The notes: generated by a model from the sequence alone, not told the origin. A stretch of 64,000 nt of DNA from Candidatus Atelocyanobacterium thalassae (GCA_051971635.1 JBFPLN010000005.1:32001-96000); one strand, 5' to 3'; shown: positions 47,070 to 57,869, counted from the first letter of the stretch. Translations and numbers: made by a program.

Positions 47070-47410
47070 AGAATAATAGCGTTTTTTTGAAATAGAAAAA
47101 CAATATGTCTCTCCTGAGTAATCAAGAGTATCAATAATAATTAAACGATAAGCTAAAAGTATTACTTATTATGCTCTCCTAATTTAATGTGTTGTGAAAG
47201 TCTATTAATTAATTTTATGTGAATTTCTAAAATCTGAGAAATTAATATATCTACAGAAAAAAGTTGTTGAATAGACTAACTAATGGGTTAATTGATATCG
47301 ATATTGTCGTCCAATCAATTAAAAACAGTTTTTAGATAGTTATTCCCTAATCTTTTTAAGAACTTTTCTCTTTTATCCTAAGAAAGGTTGAAATAAAAGT
47401 ATTAAGTATT
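47070..47410 (-). pseudogene. kaiA: kaiA pseudogene (C-terminal domain readable; relic may extend to about 47800)
   Basis: Reads FYFNLS*DKREKF...*SIQQLFSVDILISQILEIHIKLINRLSQHIKLG, then after a frameshift VILLAYRLIIIDTLDYSGETYCFSI. This matches KaiA ...SQILEIHMEL..FSQQLKLEGR...ILLDYRLTLID..AHL.EMYRRSI. Confidence 0.85.
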
Positions 47411-48092
47411 GTTTACATGATGGTTTAACGAATACTTAAACTTTTATGCTAGATTGCTTTATTATATTAATAAACAGCTTTAATAGTTATTAAAGCTATT
47501 TTTAACAAGACAATTATTTCTTAAATAAGCAAGAAAATGATAGCATAATTAGTAACCTGTTTAATATTGCCCTAATAATAAATTTTGGGACTGTAATACT
47601 TATAATTTAAAAATTAGGCATTACATTTAGTAATGCTCTCCTGCAATATCAAGGTCTATTTGGAATAGTAGTACTATATATTATTGTTGTTTTATTTATA
47701 GATAATACTTTTTCAACTCCGCTTATGGTACAAACACAAAAATTTTTATTATCTAATGGATTAATTAGTGACTTTGTAATACCTTTACTATTAGTGCGAA
47801 GATAAATTGATGTATCAAAATATAATGTTATTCAAGAAAATATAAGGAATTAAATCAATCCTGTCACTAAAAACTGAATATAAATATTTATTTTTAGTCT
47901 TCAAATTAGTAAAAAGTAAGCATCATATTTTAAATATATGTGGAAAATGAAAAGGATTATATCTGCTTACTAATAAGTATGATTTTCAGTTATCAAAACT
48001 AAATGAAGATTAAAAATAATCATTTCTAACCTCATATTCTTTAATAATCAAGACAGTCAAAATTTTCTATTGATAAAAGGTATTCATTAATA

Positions 48093-48569
48093 ATGATAAG
48101 ATTAGCAACAAAAATTGAAGCAGTTTTATATCTTAAAGGTCAATCTTTGAGCTTAGTTGATATTGCTAAATATGTAAATTGTGAAATAGAGGCTGTACAA
48201 GATGCAATAATTGAATTAATGTCTGATTATGCATATCGTGACAGTGCACTAGAGGTTATAGAAACAGAAAATGGTTATAGCCTACAACTTCGCTCAGTTT
48301 TTAACGATCTTACAAATAATATAATTCCTGCTGAATTAGGAAAAGCAGTTTTAAGAACTTTGGCGGCAATTGCTCTCAAAAATCCTATTGTCCAGACTGA
48401 GCTGATTGAGTTAAGGGGAAGTAGTGCATATCAACATGTCCACAAACTAGTAGAGCTGGGCTTTATTCGTAAATATAGCAAGAAAACTGGACGTTCCTAC
48501 CTTTTAGAAATCACTTCTAAATTTCATCAATACTTTGAAATTGATCAGCTTCCCAATTCCATGAATTAA
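48093..48569 (+). CDS. scpB: SMC-Scp complex subunit ScpB
   Basis: IEAVLY, LRTLAAIA...PI.Q.ELIELRG and ITSKFHQYF motifs. Confidence 0.9.
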   Translation: MIRLATKIEAVLYLKGQSLSLVDIAKYVNCEIEAVQDAIIELMSDYAYRDSALEVIETENGYSLQLRSVFNDLTNNIIPAELGKAVLRTLAAIALKNPIVQTELIELRGSSAYQHVHKLVELGFIRKYSKKTGRSYLLEITSKFHQYFEIDQLPNSMN

Positions 48570-48665
48570 ATTCTTAGCTATTTTTTTCAGTAAGGTTTAT
48601 ATTGTAATAGTGTACAGCAACAGCAGAACATAAATAAATTAAGCTCAATTTTGGAGTTCTAGTGA

Positions 48666-49013
48666 ATGGTATTCAACTATGATTTTCTCTCAGAAGAACA
48701 AGATCCCAATCCCCTCATACAATACCTGAAGCAACAGCAGCCTGAAACATTATCCCGAATAGCACAATCTGTTAGTTTAGAAGTTCAACAAATTATTACC
48801 AAGAATGTACAAGGGTTGATGGGAATGCTGTCCCCTGGGGATTTTAATATACAAATAGCTACTGATAGAGAAAATTTAGCTAATCTGCTTGCTTCTGCAA
48901 TGATGACAGGATACTTTCTTAGTCAAATGGAACAACGTAAAAATCTAGAAGTTAATATGTTAAGTACTGAATTCTCAAGTTCAAGCTTATCTTCTAACCA
49001 AACAGAAATATAA
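48666..49013 (+). CDS. DUF760 domain protein
   Basis: NPLIQYL...TDRENLANLLASAMMTGYFL...EQR motif. Confidence 0.85.
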   Translation: MVFNYDFLSEEQDPNPLIQYLKQQQPETLSRIAQSVSLEVQQIITKNVQGLMGMLSPGDFNIQIATDRENLANLLASAMMTGYFLSQMEQRKNLEVNMLSTEFSSSSLSSNQTEI

Positions 49014-49026
49014 AAAGAATAGAGAC

Positions 49027-49079
49027 AAGAGAAATCATAAACAAAAAGTAAATCTTCTTATTTTTGTATGATTTCTCTT
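49027..49079. terminator. Imperfect hairpin between the convergent DUF760 gene and the microprotein gene
   Basis: Outer 13-bp arms AAGAGAAATCATA / TATGATTTCTCTT, with inner CAAAAA/TTTTTG pairing. Confidence 0.55.
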
Positions 49080-49088
49080 AGGAAAATT

Positions 49089-49184
49089 TTATCCGCCCCT
49101 AGAAAAGCTTCCCATAACAAAAGCAGATAAAAGTATTCCTGGACTTAGTAAGGCAATTAATAGTAGCAATTGATCAACAGTCAT
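49089..49184 (-). CDS. 31-aa single-TM microprotein, Norf4-like
   Basis: Intact ATG..TAA frame MTVDQLLLLIALLSPGILLSAFVMGSFSRGG; GC-richer than its flanks; hairpin just downstream; size and character recall the Synechocystis 31-aa microprotein Norf4. Confidence 0.75.
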   Translation of the reverse strand: MTVDQLLLLIALLSPGILLSAFVMGSFSRGG

Positions 49185-49270
49185 AAATGTTATTTTGGAT
49201 TGTAATATCTTCCATTTGTTAAACTAACGCAATTTCTCTAAAATTTCGCTAAGTTAACTAAATTTTAATA

Positions 49271-50602
49271 TTATTCATTCATATTTTTATAAGTAGCTAC
49301 AGCAGAAGGAGAAATACGATTAAGATAACGGAATATCCAATATTTAAGAACTGTATCTAAGATAACTGGAAATGTTGCAATAAATAGAAAGTTAAACTCT
49401 TGGTTTTCTGGTAATCCAAAATGATGGGATATCCCTTCTAAAATGACTTCCCATCCATGTGGAGAATGAAATCCAACAAACATATCTGTAAATAAAATAA
49501 TTAAAAAAGCTTTAGCTGGATCACTTAACCCATACAAAATTTCGTCCAGAAAAGCTTTTAGGATTTCTATCTCTTTTCTACTAAAAGCGACAACTATTAC
49601 GAAAGCAGCTACTGAAAAAAGATCAGCAAAAACATTACCAACCGAATTTATGCCTTGTGCACGGTATTGTTGTGTTATTTCTTGAGCTTTTTCTTTAACC
49701 TTTTCTTCAACTTTTTCTTCATTTAAAGGTTCCCTTAGTCCTATTAAACCCTGAAATCGAAGAATTTCTTCATAATGACTTAATTCTTCAAAAGCTTCTT
49801 CTTCTAAATCTTTGTTAATAAATACTACCTGTCCATGATCTTGGAAGTACTGACGAATTATTGGAGTCAATAAAAATGTTTTAGTTAATTGATGAGTTAA
49901 TAAAGGGACTATGATTAGTAATAGAATAAATTTGACAGAAAGGGCAGTTCTTAAACGAGATTTACGATGTTTAGTTAAAACCTTTTCTTCACTATCCTCT
50001 GATTTGGGATCTATTTCTTGTCTTAATCTATTTAGCGTATCAATAAAAGATCGTGGCAGGACACCTATGTTTTGATTTTTCGACTCTAGGCGATACCTAT
50101 TTTTTTGAGATGTATTTTCTGGATAATAAAAATGATTAGCTTCCTCTTCTTTTATCTTAAGTGTAGCTTTTGTTGTGATTGTAGAGTTGTTTAAATCATT
50201 ATTTTCTGTATTTGATGTATATCTCAATATAATTTTGTCAATAAATTTTAACTTCTCAAGAGAAATTGTACTGCTTGTAAAATTCTTCTTCTCTTCTTTA
50301 TTTATAATTTTCTTCTCATCAATATCTTGCGAAATATTCATAACTTTCAAGAATAGTCTACTAGTTTTAAAAATATTTAGTTCTAAATTAATTTTTTTAA
50401 GATAGCTATCAATTTCTATCTTAAAATATGAAACGACACTACTGCCATAACTAGTATTATCTTGAGATATTATTTTTCCACTAAAATATTTATCTTCAAT
50501 TTCTTTTATTTTTAAAGCCGTTTTATAGGCACGATCTAAAGATCTCTCTGGAGTCAATGTCAGCCAATCAAAAGTTTTTTTAATCAAAAACTGAATTTTC
50601 AT
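49271..50602 (-). CDS. pcxA: Proton extrusion protein PcxA (CemA/Ycf10 family)
   Basis: TPERSLDRAY, KAFLIILFTDMFVGFHSPHGWE and FPVILDTVLKYWIFRYLNRISPS motifs. Confidence 0.95.
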   Translation of the reverse strand: MKIQFLIKKTFDWLTLTPERSLDRAYKTALKIKEIEDKYFSGKIISQDNTSYGSSVVSYFKIEIDSYLKKINLELNIFKTSRLFLKVMNISQDIDEKKIINKEEKKNFTSSTISLEKLKFIDKIILRYTSNTENNDLNNSTITTKATLKIKEEEANHFYYPENTSQKNRYRLESKNQNIGVLPRSFIDTLNRLRQEIDPKSEDSEEKVLTKHRKSRLRTALSVKFILLLIIVPLLTHQLTKTFLLTPIIRQYFQDHGQVVFINKDLEEEAFEELSHYEEILRFQGLIGLREPLNEEKVEEKVKEKAQEITQQYRAQGINSVGNVFADLFSVAAFVIVVAFSRKEIEILKAFLDEILYGLSDPAKAFLIILFTDMFVGFHSPHGWEVILEGISHHFGLPENQEFNFLFIATFPVILDTVLKYWIFRYLNRISPSAVATYKNMNE

Positions 50603-50690
50603 ATTAACTAGTGCTTATTTGCAATGAGTAAAAAATTAAAGAATAAAAATATTTTAGAAATGATTGTATGTTAACTAATTTAATTGAGGA

Positions 50691-52805
50691 ATGTTTGTGA
50701 AGTTAACCTCCTTATGGATTGAAGGAACTACTCGTACTGGGAAAACAACCCAATTAGTTAAAAATTTTTTTTACTGGGTTAAAGAGAAGAACCATAATCG
50801 AAGCCTATCTCCTATACAATCAATTACGCATAACCTTGCTTCATCAGTATTGGTTTTGTCTGCAAATGACGATAATCGCCGTAAATTGTTCGACAAACTT
50901 TCTTCTATAACTAAAGGAAAATATGCTATTCATTGTAAAACACCTTTAGGATTCATGAGAGATGAATTAAAGTTATTTTGGCCTCTTCTATTTGAAAAAT
51001 TAAATTTGAAAGAGGAATTTCCTTTATTTTTAAGAACTGAAACTGAACAAGCCTTTGCCACCAAATTATGGAAACCATATCTAGAAAAATATCAAATATC
51101 ACTTACCACAAGTCATGAGTTTCGTTTTGTTCGTCAAACTCTAGATCTATTGCAACTAGCTAGTGCTAGTGGAGTTATAGGTGAAGATATATCTTTTATT
51201 TTAGAGTATGGACTAGAAGAAGAGTATTACTTTTTAAAAGAATTACATAACTTTATTCATACGAAAAAAACATTACCTAAATTACAACAGGAGTTAATTA
51301 TACAATGGAGAAAATGGTGCTTTAACCGAGGGATAGTAACTTACGGACTTATCTATAATTTATATTGGCAATATTTGTTACCTGATTTTCAATATAGAAA
51401 TTTTTTGATCAATCGTTATCATGGAATCTTTGCAGATGATATTGATGATTATCCTGCTATAACTAAAGATTTATTTCAATTTTTTATAGATCATCAAAAA
51501 TTTTGTGTCTTTACTTATAATCCATACGGACAAGTTAGATTAGGTCTGAGTGCTGATCCAGAGTATTTATATCGTATAAAGTCTCATTGTAACAATATAG
51601 TATTATCTACATATCCAAATTTTTTTGATACAAGTAGTCAGCTCATACTAGACCAAATAGATAATTCTTTATCTTCAAAAAAGCTTCCCGACTTTTTCTC
51701 GTCTATCAAAACCGTTTCAAGAAGTGAGCTTCTCCAAAAGACAGCAACTTTTATAATCAATGCTATCGAAAACCATCAAGTTAGCCCTAAGGAAATTGTA
51801 ATTATTGCACCTGGATTAGATGAAATTGCACGTTACACATTAATTGAAACCTTATTAATGGCCAATATTCCTGTTAAATTATTAAACGAACAACGTCCTT
51901 TAATTAGTTTTCCAATCATTCGTGCATTGTTAACTATTTTAGGGTTAGTCTTTCCTGGATTAGGAAAATTTGTTGAAATACATGATATTGCACAAATGCT
52001 AACCACTTTAAGTTATGACTATGAAAGTCATACAATGATAATTGATCCTGTTAGATCAGGAATTTTAGCTGATAATTGCTTTTATATAGATAAGCAGCAT
52101 CCTAAGCTGTTACCCTTAGAGCAATATCCTAGATGGGATAGAATAGGATACAAAGCTGCTAAGGCTTATAAAAAATTATATTCTTGGGTAAAAGAGACAA
52201 AATATGAAATAGAGAAAGAACAACCCTCTAATCCGATAGTAGTGATTGATTCAGCAATTAAAAATTTTATAGAATCTCGATATCAGTTACCTCATGAGCA
52301 ATTATTAGCTCTAAAAGAGCTTACAGAAACTGCTCAACACTTTTGGGAAACAGATTACCGATTACAAAAATATAATACGAATACAAAATCTTTGACAAAT
52401 AGTTTAGTTGATTTTATTCAATTACTTAGAGAAGGTATAGTCACGGCTAATCCTAAGCCTGAAGATTATTTTAGCAAACAACCTGATTATGTAACTTTAA
52501 CTACAATTTTCCAATACCGTTCCTTGAGAAGTTCTCATAATTTGCATCTATGGTTAGATGTATCATCTCGTTTATGGGAAACAGCTGGAGCATCAGTATT
52601 ATTTTACGCTCAATTGTTTTTAAGAGGTCAACTCAGTAATTTAAGTGAATCAGAAGAAAATAAAAAACGTTTAAAACGTATTCTAATGGATTTATTAAGC
52701 AGAGTAGACAATGAAGTCATTTTATGCCATAGCGATTTGAATATTAAAGGTATATATCAGTCTGGTCCACTATTAACTCTTATTAATAACTCTAAAACAA
52801 GATGA
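50691..52805 (+). CDS. Hypothetical protein with degenerate P-loop / SF1-helicase-like motifs
   Basis: 704-aa intact ORF; WIEGTTRTGKT (Walker A-like), GIFADDIDDYP (Walker B-like) and IVIIAPGLD. Confidence 0.65.
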   Translation: MFVKLTSLWIEGTTRTGKTTQLVKNFFYWVKEKNHNRSLSPIQSITHNLASSVLVLSANDDNRRKLFDKLSSITKGKYAIHCKTPLGFMRDELKLFWPLLFEKLNLKEEFPLFLRTETEQAFATKLWKPYLEKYQISLTTSHEFRFVRQTLDLLQLASASGVIGEDISFILEYGLEEEYYFLKELHNFIHTKKTLPKLQQELIIQWRKWCFNRGIVTYGLIYNLYWQYLLPDFQYRNFLINRYHGIFADDIDDYPAITKDLFQFFIDHQKFCVFTYNPYGQVRLGLSADPEYLYRIKSHCNNIVLSTYPNFFDTSSQLILDQIDNSLSSKKLPDFFSSIKTVSRSELLQKTATFIINAIENHQVSPKEIVIIAPGLDEIARYTLIETLLMANIPVKLLNEQRPLISFPIIRALLTILGLVFPGLGKFVEIHDIAQMLTTLSYDYESHTMIIDPVRSGILADNCFYIDKQHPKLLPLEQYPRWDRIGYKAAKAYKKLYSWVKETKYEIEKEQPSNPIVVIDSAIKNFIESRYQLPHEQLLALKELTETAQHFWETDYRLQKYNTNTKSLTNSLVDFIQLLREGIVTANPKPEDYFSKQPDYVTLTTIFQYRSLRSSHNLHLWLDVSSRLWETAGASVLFYAQLFLRGQLSNLSESEENKKRLKRILMDLLSRVDNEVILCHSDLNIKGIYQSGPLLTLINNSKTR

Positions 52806-52839
52806 AGGCTTTATAGTTACTATCTTAAGATAATTCACA

Positions 52840-52872
52840 AAAACCCTAACTACAGTTTAAAGTTAGGGTTTT
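52840..52872. terminator. Terminator hairpin downstream of rpsU (convergent genes)
   Basis: 12-bp arms AAAACCCTAACT / AGTTAGGGTTTT. Confidence 0.65.
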
Positions 52873-52940
52873 ATTAACTTCTTAGGCTGATCTCAGACAA
52901 TAAAAGTTGTATGGTTATTTAGGTTCAATATCTTATAAAC

Positions 52941-53123
52941 TTAATGTCGACGGGATCTTTGTCTTTGTCGAGTAGCCTCTTTACGTTTACGTTTTTCTTC
53001 TGGCGTTTCAAAAAATTGGTGCTTTTTGTAGTCTGTATAGATTCCAGCTCTAGCAACCTGCCGTTTAAATCGACGTAACGCAGATTCAATAGGTTCGTTT
53101 TGACTAACGAATACTTGAGTCAT
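52941..53123 (-). CDS. rpsU: 30S ribosomal protein S21
   Basis: [15 protein letters not shown]...FETP motif; ATG at 53123 with GGAGGTG SD upstream. Confidence 0.96.
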   Translation of the reverse strand: MTQVFVSQNEPIESALRRFKRQVARAGIYTDYKKHQFFETPEEKRKRKEATRQRQRSRRH

Positions 53124-53264
53124 TATGGATGTTAACACCTCCTTTTTTTAAGTAAATGAAAAAAGATAAACTAATTATCCTCTTTTATTAAAACTTATTC
53201 AAGTATATTTTCTCAATATTAAAAGATATTTTCTCTATAAAATTAGAAAAGTAAGATTGAAAGT

Positions 53265-55466
53265 TTAGTTAATAATATCAATTACTTGAATAAGCCAACG
53301 ATTATTTTTACGAAGTAAAGTGTAACGCACTCTTAAAAGATCATCATAAGAATAGTCAATATTACCTTGATGGTGATATTGAGCAGTTTCTTTGATATCA
53401 GCCTCACCAGTAAATTGATCTGATTTATTCTGATTAGATATTAGAGAATTAACTTTAATTTTATGTTGATAAACCCAATAGCCTTGATTTTGTTTTAATT
53501 TTTGTGCATGATTACGCCATTTTGAAAGTAAAGGTTCAGCTAAAATTTCATTCAATGAATTAATATCATGATTTTTACCAAATGCTTTAGATTTGCTGAG
53601 CAACCATGTCTTTATTAATTGGTGAAAGCCCTCTGACGTTAATACACCTGTTCTGTTAACTATCTGTGTATTAGCTAGAGGGATATTAATCAATGGTTGA
53701 ATAATGGATACTTTGTATTGATTTCTTTCTAAAGCAAATAATGGAGAATTAAGCTGATATGCTAAAAGTAAGCATATGCCTGTCATACCTGCACTACCAA
53801 TAATGGTTAAAAAATTTCTTTTAGATTTTAAAATAAAATAGGAACTTTTAACATAATTGATTTTAAACAATATTGTTAAAAGCTGAGTAGGAGATAAGTA
53901 ACTTCTATTTAATTGACCTTTAATAGTTTTCCGAGTAAGACTTGTTATTAAATTTTTAACATTTGATATCGAAAAATTATCTTGTGTTTTATAGTTTTTT
54001 TTAGCTTCTAAGTATGGGGAAAAAGAAGATTTCTTTGTGGATAAAGAATTGGTAATTGAAACTGAACTAATAGGTTGGAACTTTTGTAAATTTTTTTTGT
54101 AGTTATAATATTGACGGCTATCTTTAAAAGAATCAATTATGAGAGGAGTTGAAAAATTTCTTTTTCGATTAGATTGTTTAGAATTATTTAGACAAAAATT
54201 GTCTAAATAATTTCGAACTTTTTTATTAGTAAAGTACTCTTGTAAAGAAATTGATGATTCCTTTAAATCTCTAAAATAATTATAAACTTCTGTCTTTAAC
54301 CATATTTCACTATAAAGACATAAACCAGGTAATAAATCAGGAGAACCTTGGGAATTTATTCTAATAAAGTTTAAGATTGTTTGGTTGTCTACCTTCTTTA
54401 ATAAGATTTTTTCAGCTAGTTGAGTTTGTCCTAACAATAAGGCAATAATAGTTTGTTCTGTAGAAACTTTTTGGTAAGATTCTAAACGTTCAAGTATTGT
54501 TTGAGCTTCTAAAATTAAGTAAGGTTCTTTCCTAAAAAATCCAAGGGCTATCAGAATATACACCTTGAGGTATGATGCTATAGGAGAAGAAGAATTTTTA
54601 TAAGTATCAACAAAAATTTGTTTTTGTTCATCAACAGTTAAATGAATCCTAATCTGTTGGAGAAAACTTAAAAAGTCATTAGCTTCAAGATCAGAATAAT
54701 TTTTTGTTTGCTCATTGATTTCATATCTATCTTTAAGCATAGCTTTTAATAAATTAATTCCCTTTTGTCTTAGAGTTTGAGAATGAATAGGGTAGGCTAA
54801 TAATTCTAAGATACGATAAGGTCGTAATTTATCAAGTTCAGAATAAATTTCTTCTTGTATAGATAAAAAAAGTTGATTTGTTTCTAAAAAAGTTAATCCT
54901 TTCAATCCAGCAGCAGCAGCTTTTTCATATGTCTTATCATGCCAAAGCTGTCGAGTAATTTCTAAATAAGCTAGAGAAATACTCAAAATTATATCCATTT
55001 GAAACTTCGTTAGATTTTTATCATTTATATGTTTATGATAAAAATTAAAGGAAGATTGTAGATAGTCTTCTCCATATTGTATGACTAATTCATATTCGCT
55101 TAATTCATAAAGTATTAAAAGAGCTCCAGAGAGATAGTCTTCATGAATTTCAATATTTGAGCTTTGATATATGAATTCTTGTTTTTGATCAGCTATCCCT
55201 GATTCTTTATTATTATGTATAGAGTCTTTGTTAGGACTAGAGAAAACCAGTTTTAAGAAGCTTGATTCATAGTCAGTTCTTGTAACTGGATTAGATAAAA
55301 CTTGAAAAGCTTCATTTAACAAGCTTATACGTTTTTGAATTACATCCTCACTGTATTGACGGTGAGGATGTTGTGTAATTTTATCTTGATAAGCTTGATG
55401 AAGTTGTTCATCTATTGTATTCGGAGAAACTCCCAATATTCTGTAATAGTCTAAAGGTATACGCAC
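53265..55466 (-). CDS. ftn2: Cell division protein Ftn2/ZipN (ARC6 family)
   Basis: RIPLDYYRILG J-like domain, LRPYRILELL, DLLPGLCLY.E.WL, a TM segment and a C-terminal IMS domain (WL.SKSKAFG); pdhA-adjacent synteny. Confidence 0.9.
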   Translation of the reverse strand: MRIPLDYYRILGVSPNTIDEQLHQAYQDKITQHPHRQYSEDVIQKRISLLNEAFQVLSNPVTRTDYESSFLKLVFSSPNKDSIHNNKESGIADQKQEFIYQSSNIEIHEDYLSGALLILYELSEYELVIQYGEDYLQSSFNFYHKHINDKNLTKFQMDIILSISLAYLEITRQLWHDKTYEKAAAAGLKGLTFLETNQLFLSIQEEIYSELDKLRPYRILELLAYPIHSQTLRQKGINLLKAMLKDRYEINEQTKNYSDLEANDFLSFLQQIRIHLTVDEQKQIFVDTYKNSSSPIASYLKVYILIALGFFRKEPYLILEAQTILERLESYQKVSTEQTIIALLLGQTQLAEKILLKKVDNQTILNFIRINSQGSPDLLPGLCLYSEIWLKTEVYNYFRDLKESSISLQEYFTNKKVRNYLDNFCLNNSKQSNRKRNFSTPLIIDSFKDSRQYYNYKKNLQKFQPISSVSITNSLSTKKSSFSPYLEAKKNYKTQDNFSISNVKNLITSLTRKTIKGQLNRSYLSPTQLLTILFKINYVKSSYFILKSKRNFLTIIGSAGMTGICLLLAYQLNSPLFALERNQYKVSIIQPLINIPLANTQIVNRTGVLTSEGFHQLIKTWLLSKSKAFGKNHDINSLNEILAEPLLSKWRNHAQKLKQNQGYWVYQHKIKVNSLISNQNKSDQFTGEADIKETAQYHHQGNIDYSYDDLLRVRYTLLRKNNRWLIQVIDIIN

Positions 55467-55821
55467 GTTTGATTTCCTCGAATCAAAGTAGTCGAAATTA
55501 ATACTTAATAGTTAAATATAAGTAATAAAATTCCTATTCAAAAATATCGTTTTTTTAGATTTGCTATAGTTAGTCAAGTATAATAAAAGTTTTAAAAAGT
55601 TTAACTCAAATTATAAACATAGTATAGGTTCCTTAAATATAGCAATTGTATTTACATAACATTAAAATATCTGTTTAGTTTAAACTATGACTAAATAGAA
55701 CTTATCTATTTTTCATCAATTAAGATAAATTATCTTAATATGACTATAACAATATTCCCAATTTTCGTTTTTTATAATTCGAGTCTTTCTTTGTCCTGTT
55801 ATTAAAATTATTTTAGTTATT

Positions 55822-56853
55822 ATGAGCTCTGAACGTATTCTACCTATATTTGATATGATGTCCATTCATTTAACTAAAGATGAAGGATTAATGCTCTATG
55901 AAGATATGATCTTAGGTCGTTTATTCGAAGATAAATGTGCTGAAATGTACTATAGGGGAAGAATGTTTGGATTCGTTCATCTTTATAATGGTCAAGAAGC
56001 TATTTCCACAGGTATTATAAAAGCTTTACGTCCCAGTGAAGATTATATTGCCAGTACCTATCGAGATCACGTACATGCTTTAAGTTCTGGAATTCCTCCT
56101 CGTGAAATAATGGCAGAATTATTTGGTAAAGAAACAGGTTGTAGTAAAGGTAGGGGAGGTTCAATGCATCTGTTCTCAAAAAAACATAATTTCTTAGGAG
56201 GATATGCTTTTGTTGCAGAGGGAATTCCTGTCGCTACAGGAGCTGCATTTCAAAGCAAATATCGTCGTCAGATTATAAATGATAATAACTCTGATCAAGT
56301 AACAGCTTGTTTCTTTGGAGATGGCGCAAGCAATAACGGTCAATTTTTTGAATGCTTGAATATGGCTGCACTTTGGAAGTTACCAATTATTTATGTAGTA
56401 GAAAATAATAAATGGGCAATTGGGATGTCTCATGATCGAGCTACTTCACAACCAGAAATCTATAAGAAAGCGGACGTTTTTAATCTAGTAGGGGTAGAAG
56501 TAGATGGAATGGACGTTTTAGCAGTAAGAGAAGTAGCCAAAGAAGCTATTGCCCGTGCCCGTGCAGGAGAGGGACCTACATTGATTGAAGCTTTGACTTA
56601 CCGTTTTCGCGGACATTCTTTGGCTGATCCAGATGAGTTAAGAAAATTAGACGAGAAAAAGTTTTGGGAACAGAAAGATCCTATTCAAAAACTCAGTAAT
56701 TATCTGATTAATCAGAATATAGCTAACCAAAGTGAACTAGATAATATTCAAAAAAAAGTTAAAGAGGTTATTGATGACGCAGTAGAGTTTGCTGAGAAAA
56801 GCCCTGAGCCGAATGCCAGTGAACTTCATCGTTATGTTTTTGCTCAAGATTAA
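55822..56853 (+). CDS. pdhA: Pyruvate dehydrogenase E1 alpha subunit
   Basis: [22 protein letters not shown] motif and [11 protein letters not shown]. Confidence 0.98.
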   Translation: MSSERILPIFDMMSIHLTKDEGLMLYEDMILGRLFEDKCAEMYYRGRMFGFVHLYNGQEAISTGIIKALRPSEDYIASTYRDHVHALSSGIPPREIMAELFGKETGCSKGRGGSMHLFSKKHNFLGGYAFVAEGIPVATGAAFQSKYRRQIINDNNSDQVTACFFGDGASNNGQFFECLNMAALWKLPIIYVVENNKWAIGMSHDRATSQPEIYKKADVFNLVGVEVDGMDVLAVREVAKEAIARARAGEGPTLIEALTYRFRGHSLADPDELRKLDEKKFWEQKDPIQKLSNYLINQNIANQSELDNIQKKVKEVIDDAVEFAEKSPEPNASELHRYVFAQD

Positions 56854-57329
56854 AATTTATTTATTAAAAATTTTTCCAGTATTGAAATATCATAGAAAAT
56901 TTAATACAGAAATAATTCTTGAATATTAGGTTAAATATTTATTATTGGCTTAGCAGTTAAGTATTTAGAACTAACTAACAGTAGTAAGTCTTGATTTAAT
57001 AACTTTATTTTTATGTATGTTTACTAGAATACGCAGCCTTAATGCAAAAATTTACAAAATTGGCTTATTAAAATATTAAATATATTTGAAAAAATAATTA
57101 AATTAAGACTCTAATATCTAGAAATAATACTAAATAATTAGTATTATTTTATTTACTCTTCTCTGCGAGAGAAAATAATTCTATATTCATTCAGTTGTAC
57201 ATCGCAGAATAATTTTTAGTGTTTCTTTTGATTTTTATTTAATCATTGAAAATAGATAAAGAAACTCTTTAAACTATGATGAGGTTTGTCAATATTAAAA
57301 ATTACAAGTTGAAACTTATATTTAACAAA

Positions 57330-57869
57330 ATGTTTACTTCTATAGATTTTTCGAATTATATTCAATGGTCTGCAGCAATTACCATTACTCTATTCTTATT
57401 TGTAATCTTATCCTTCATATTAAGTTGGAAAAATCGCTTTCGGTTAGTTGGTATTCTAGGGTTTATGATAGTTGTGACTGTAGGTCTCTTTGGGTTGGGG
57501 ATAGGCTTGTTAAGTTATAACAAGAGCGAAGTACCAGTATCATTCTCTCGTGTGTATGATAATGCTGGTGACCAAATAGTAATATCTGTTAAGCCTTCTA
57601 TTACCGAAAAAGAATTATTAGAAGTGTTAAAACAAGCATCCCAAAATTATTTTGTTTATGGTAGATCTACAGGAAAAGATAATAAATTAACTATAAGAGC
57701 ACGAGTTCTCTTACACATAAATGAGAAAGAAGATCTTCCTTTGTATCTTGGAAAAGTTGAACAAGTTCTAAATTTCCAAGACTATAATGATTCAAAAATA
57801 AACATTCAAATATATAAAGATGAACTAGAAGCTTTGCTTCAATATCAAAAAGATATAGACATATCGTAA
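57330..57869 (+). CDS. ycf51: Ycf51 family protein (DUF2518)
   Basis: Two TM segments with RFRLVG..GF, then VYDNAG, TIRARVLLH and PLYLGKV. Confidence 0.8.
   Translation: MFTSIDFSNYIQWSAAITITLFLFVILSFILSWKNRFRLVGILGFMIVVTVGLFGLGIGLLSYNKSEVPVSFSRVYDNAGDQIVISVKPSITEKELLEVLKQASQNYFVYGRSTGKDNKLTIRARVLLHINEKEDLPLYLGKVEQVLNFQDYNDSKINIQIYKDELEALLQYQKDIDIS

Noticed and set aside
52810..52823. 14-mer TTTATAGTTACTAT shared with the palindrome at 39723
   Set aside because: Such a match is plausible by chance in very AT-rich spacers, and there is no second arm here.
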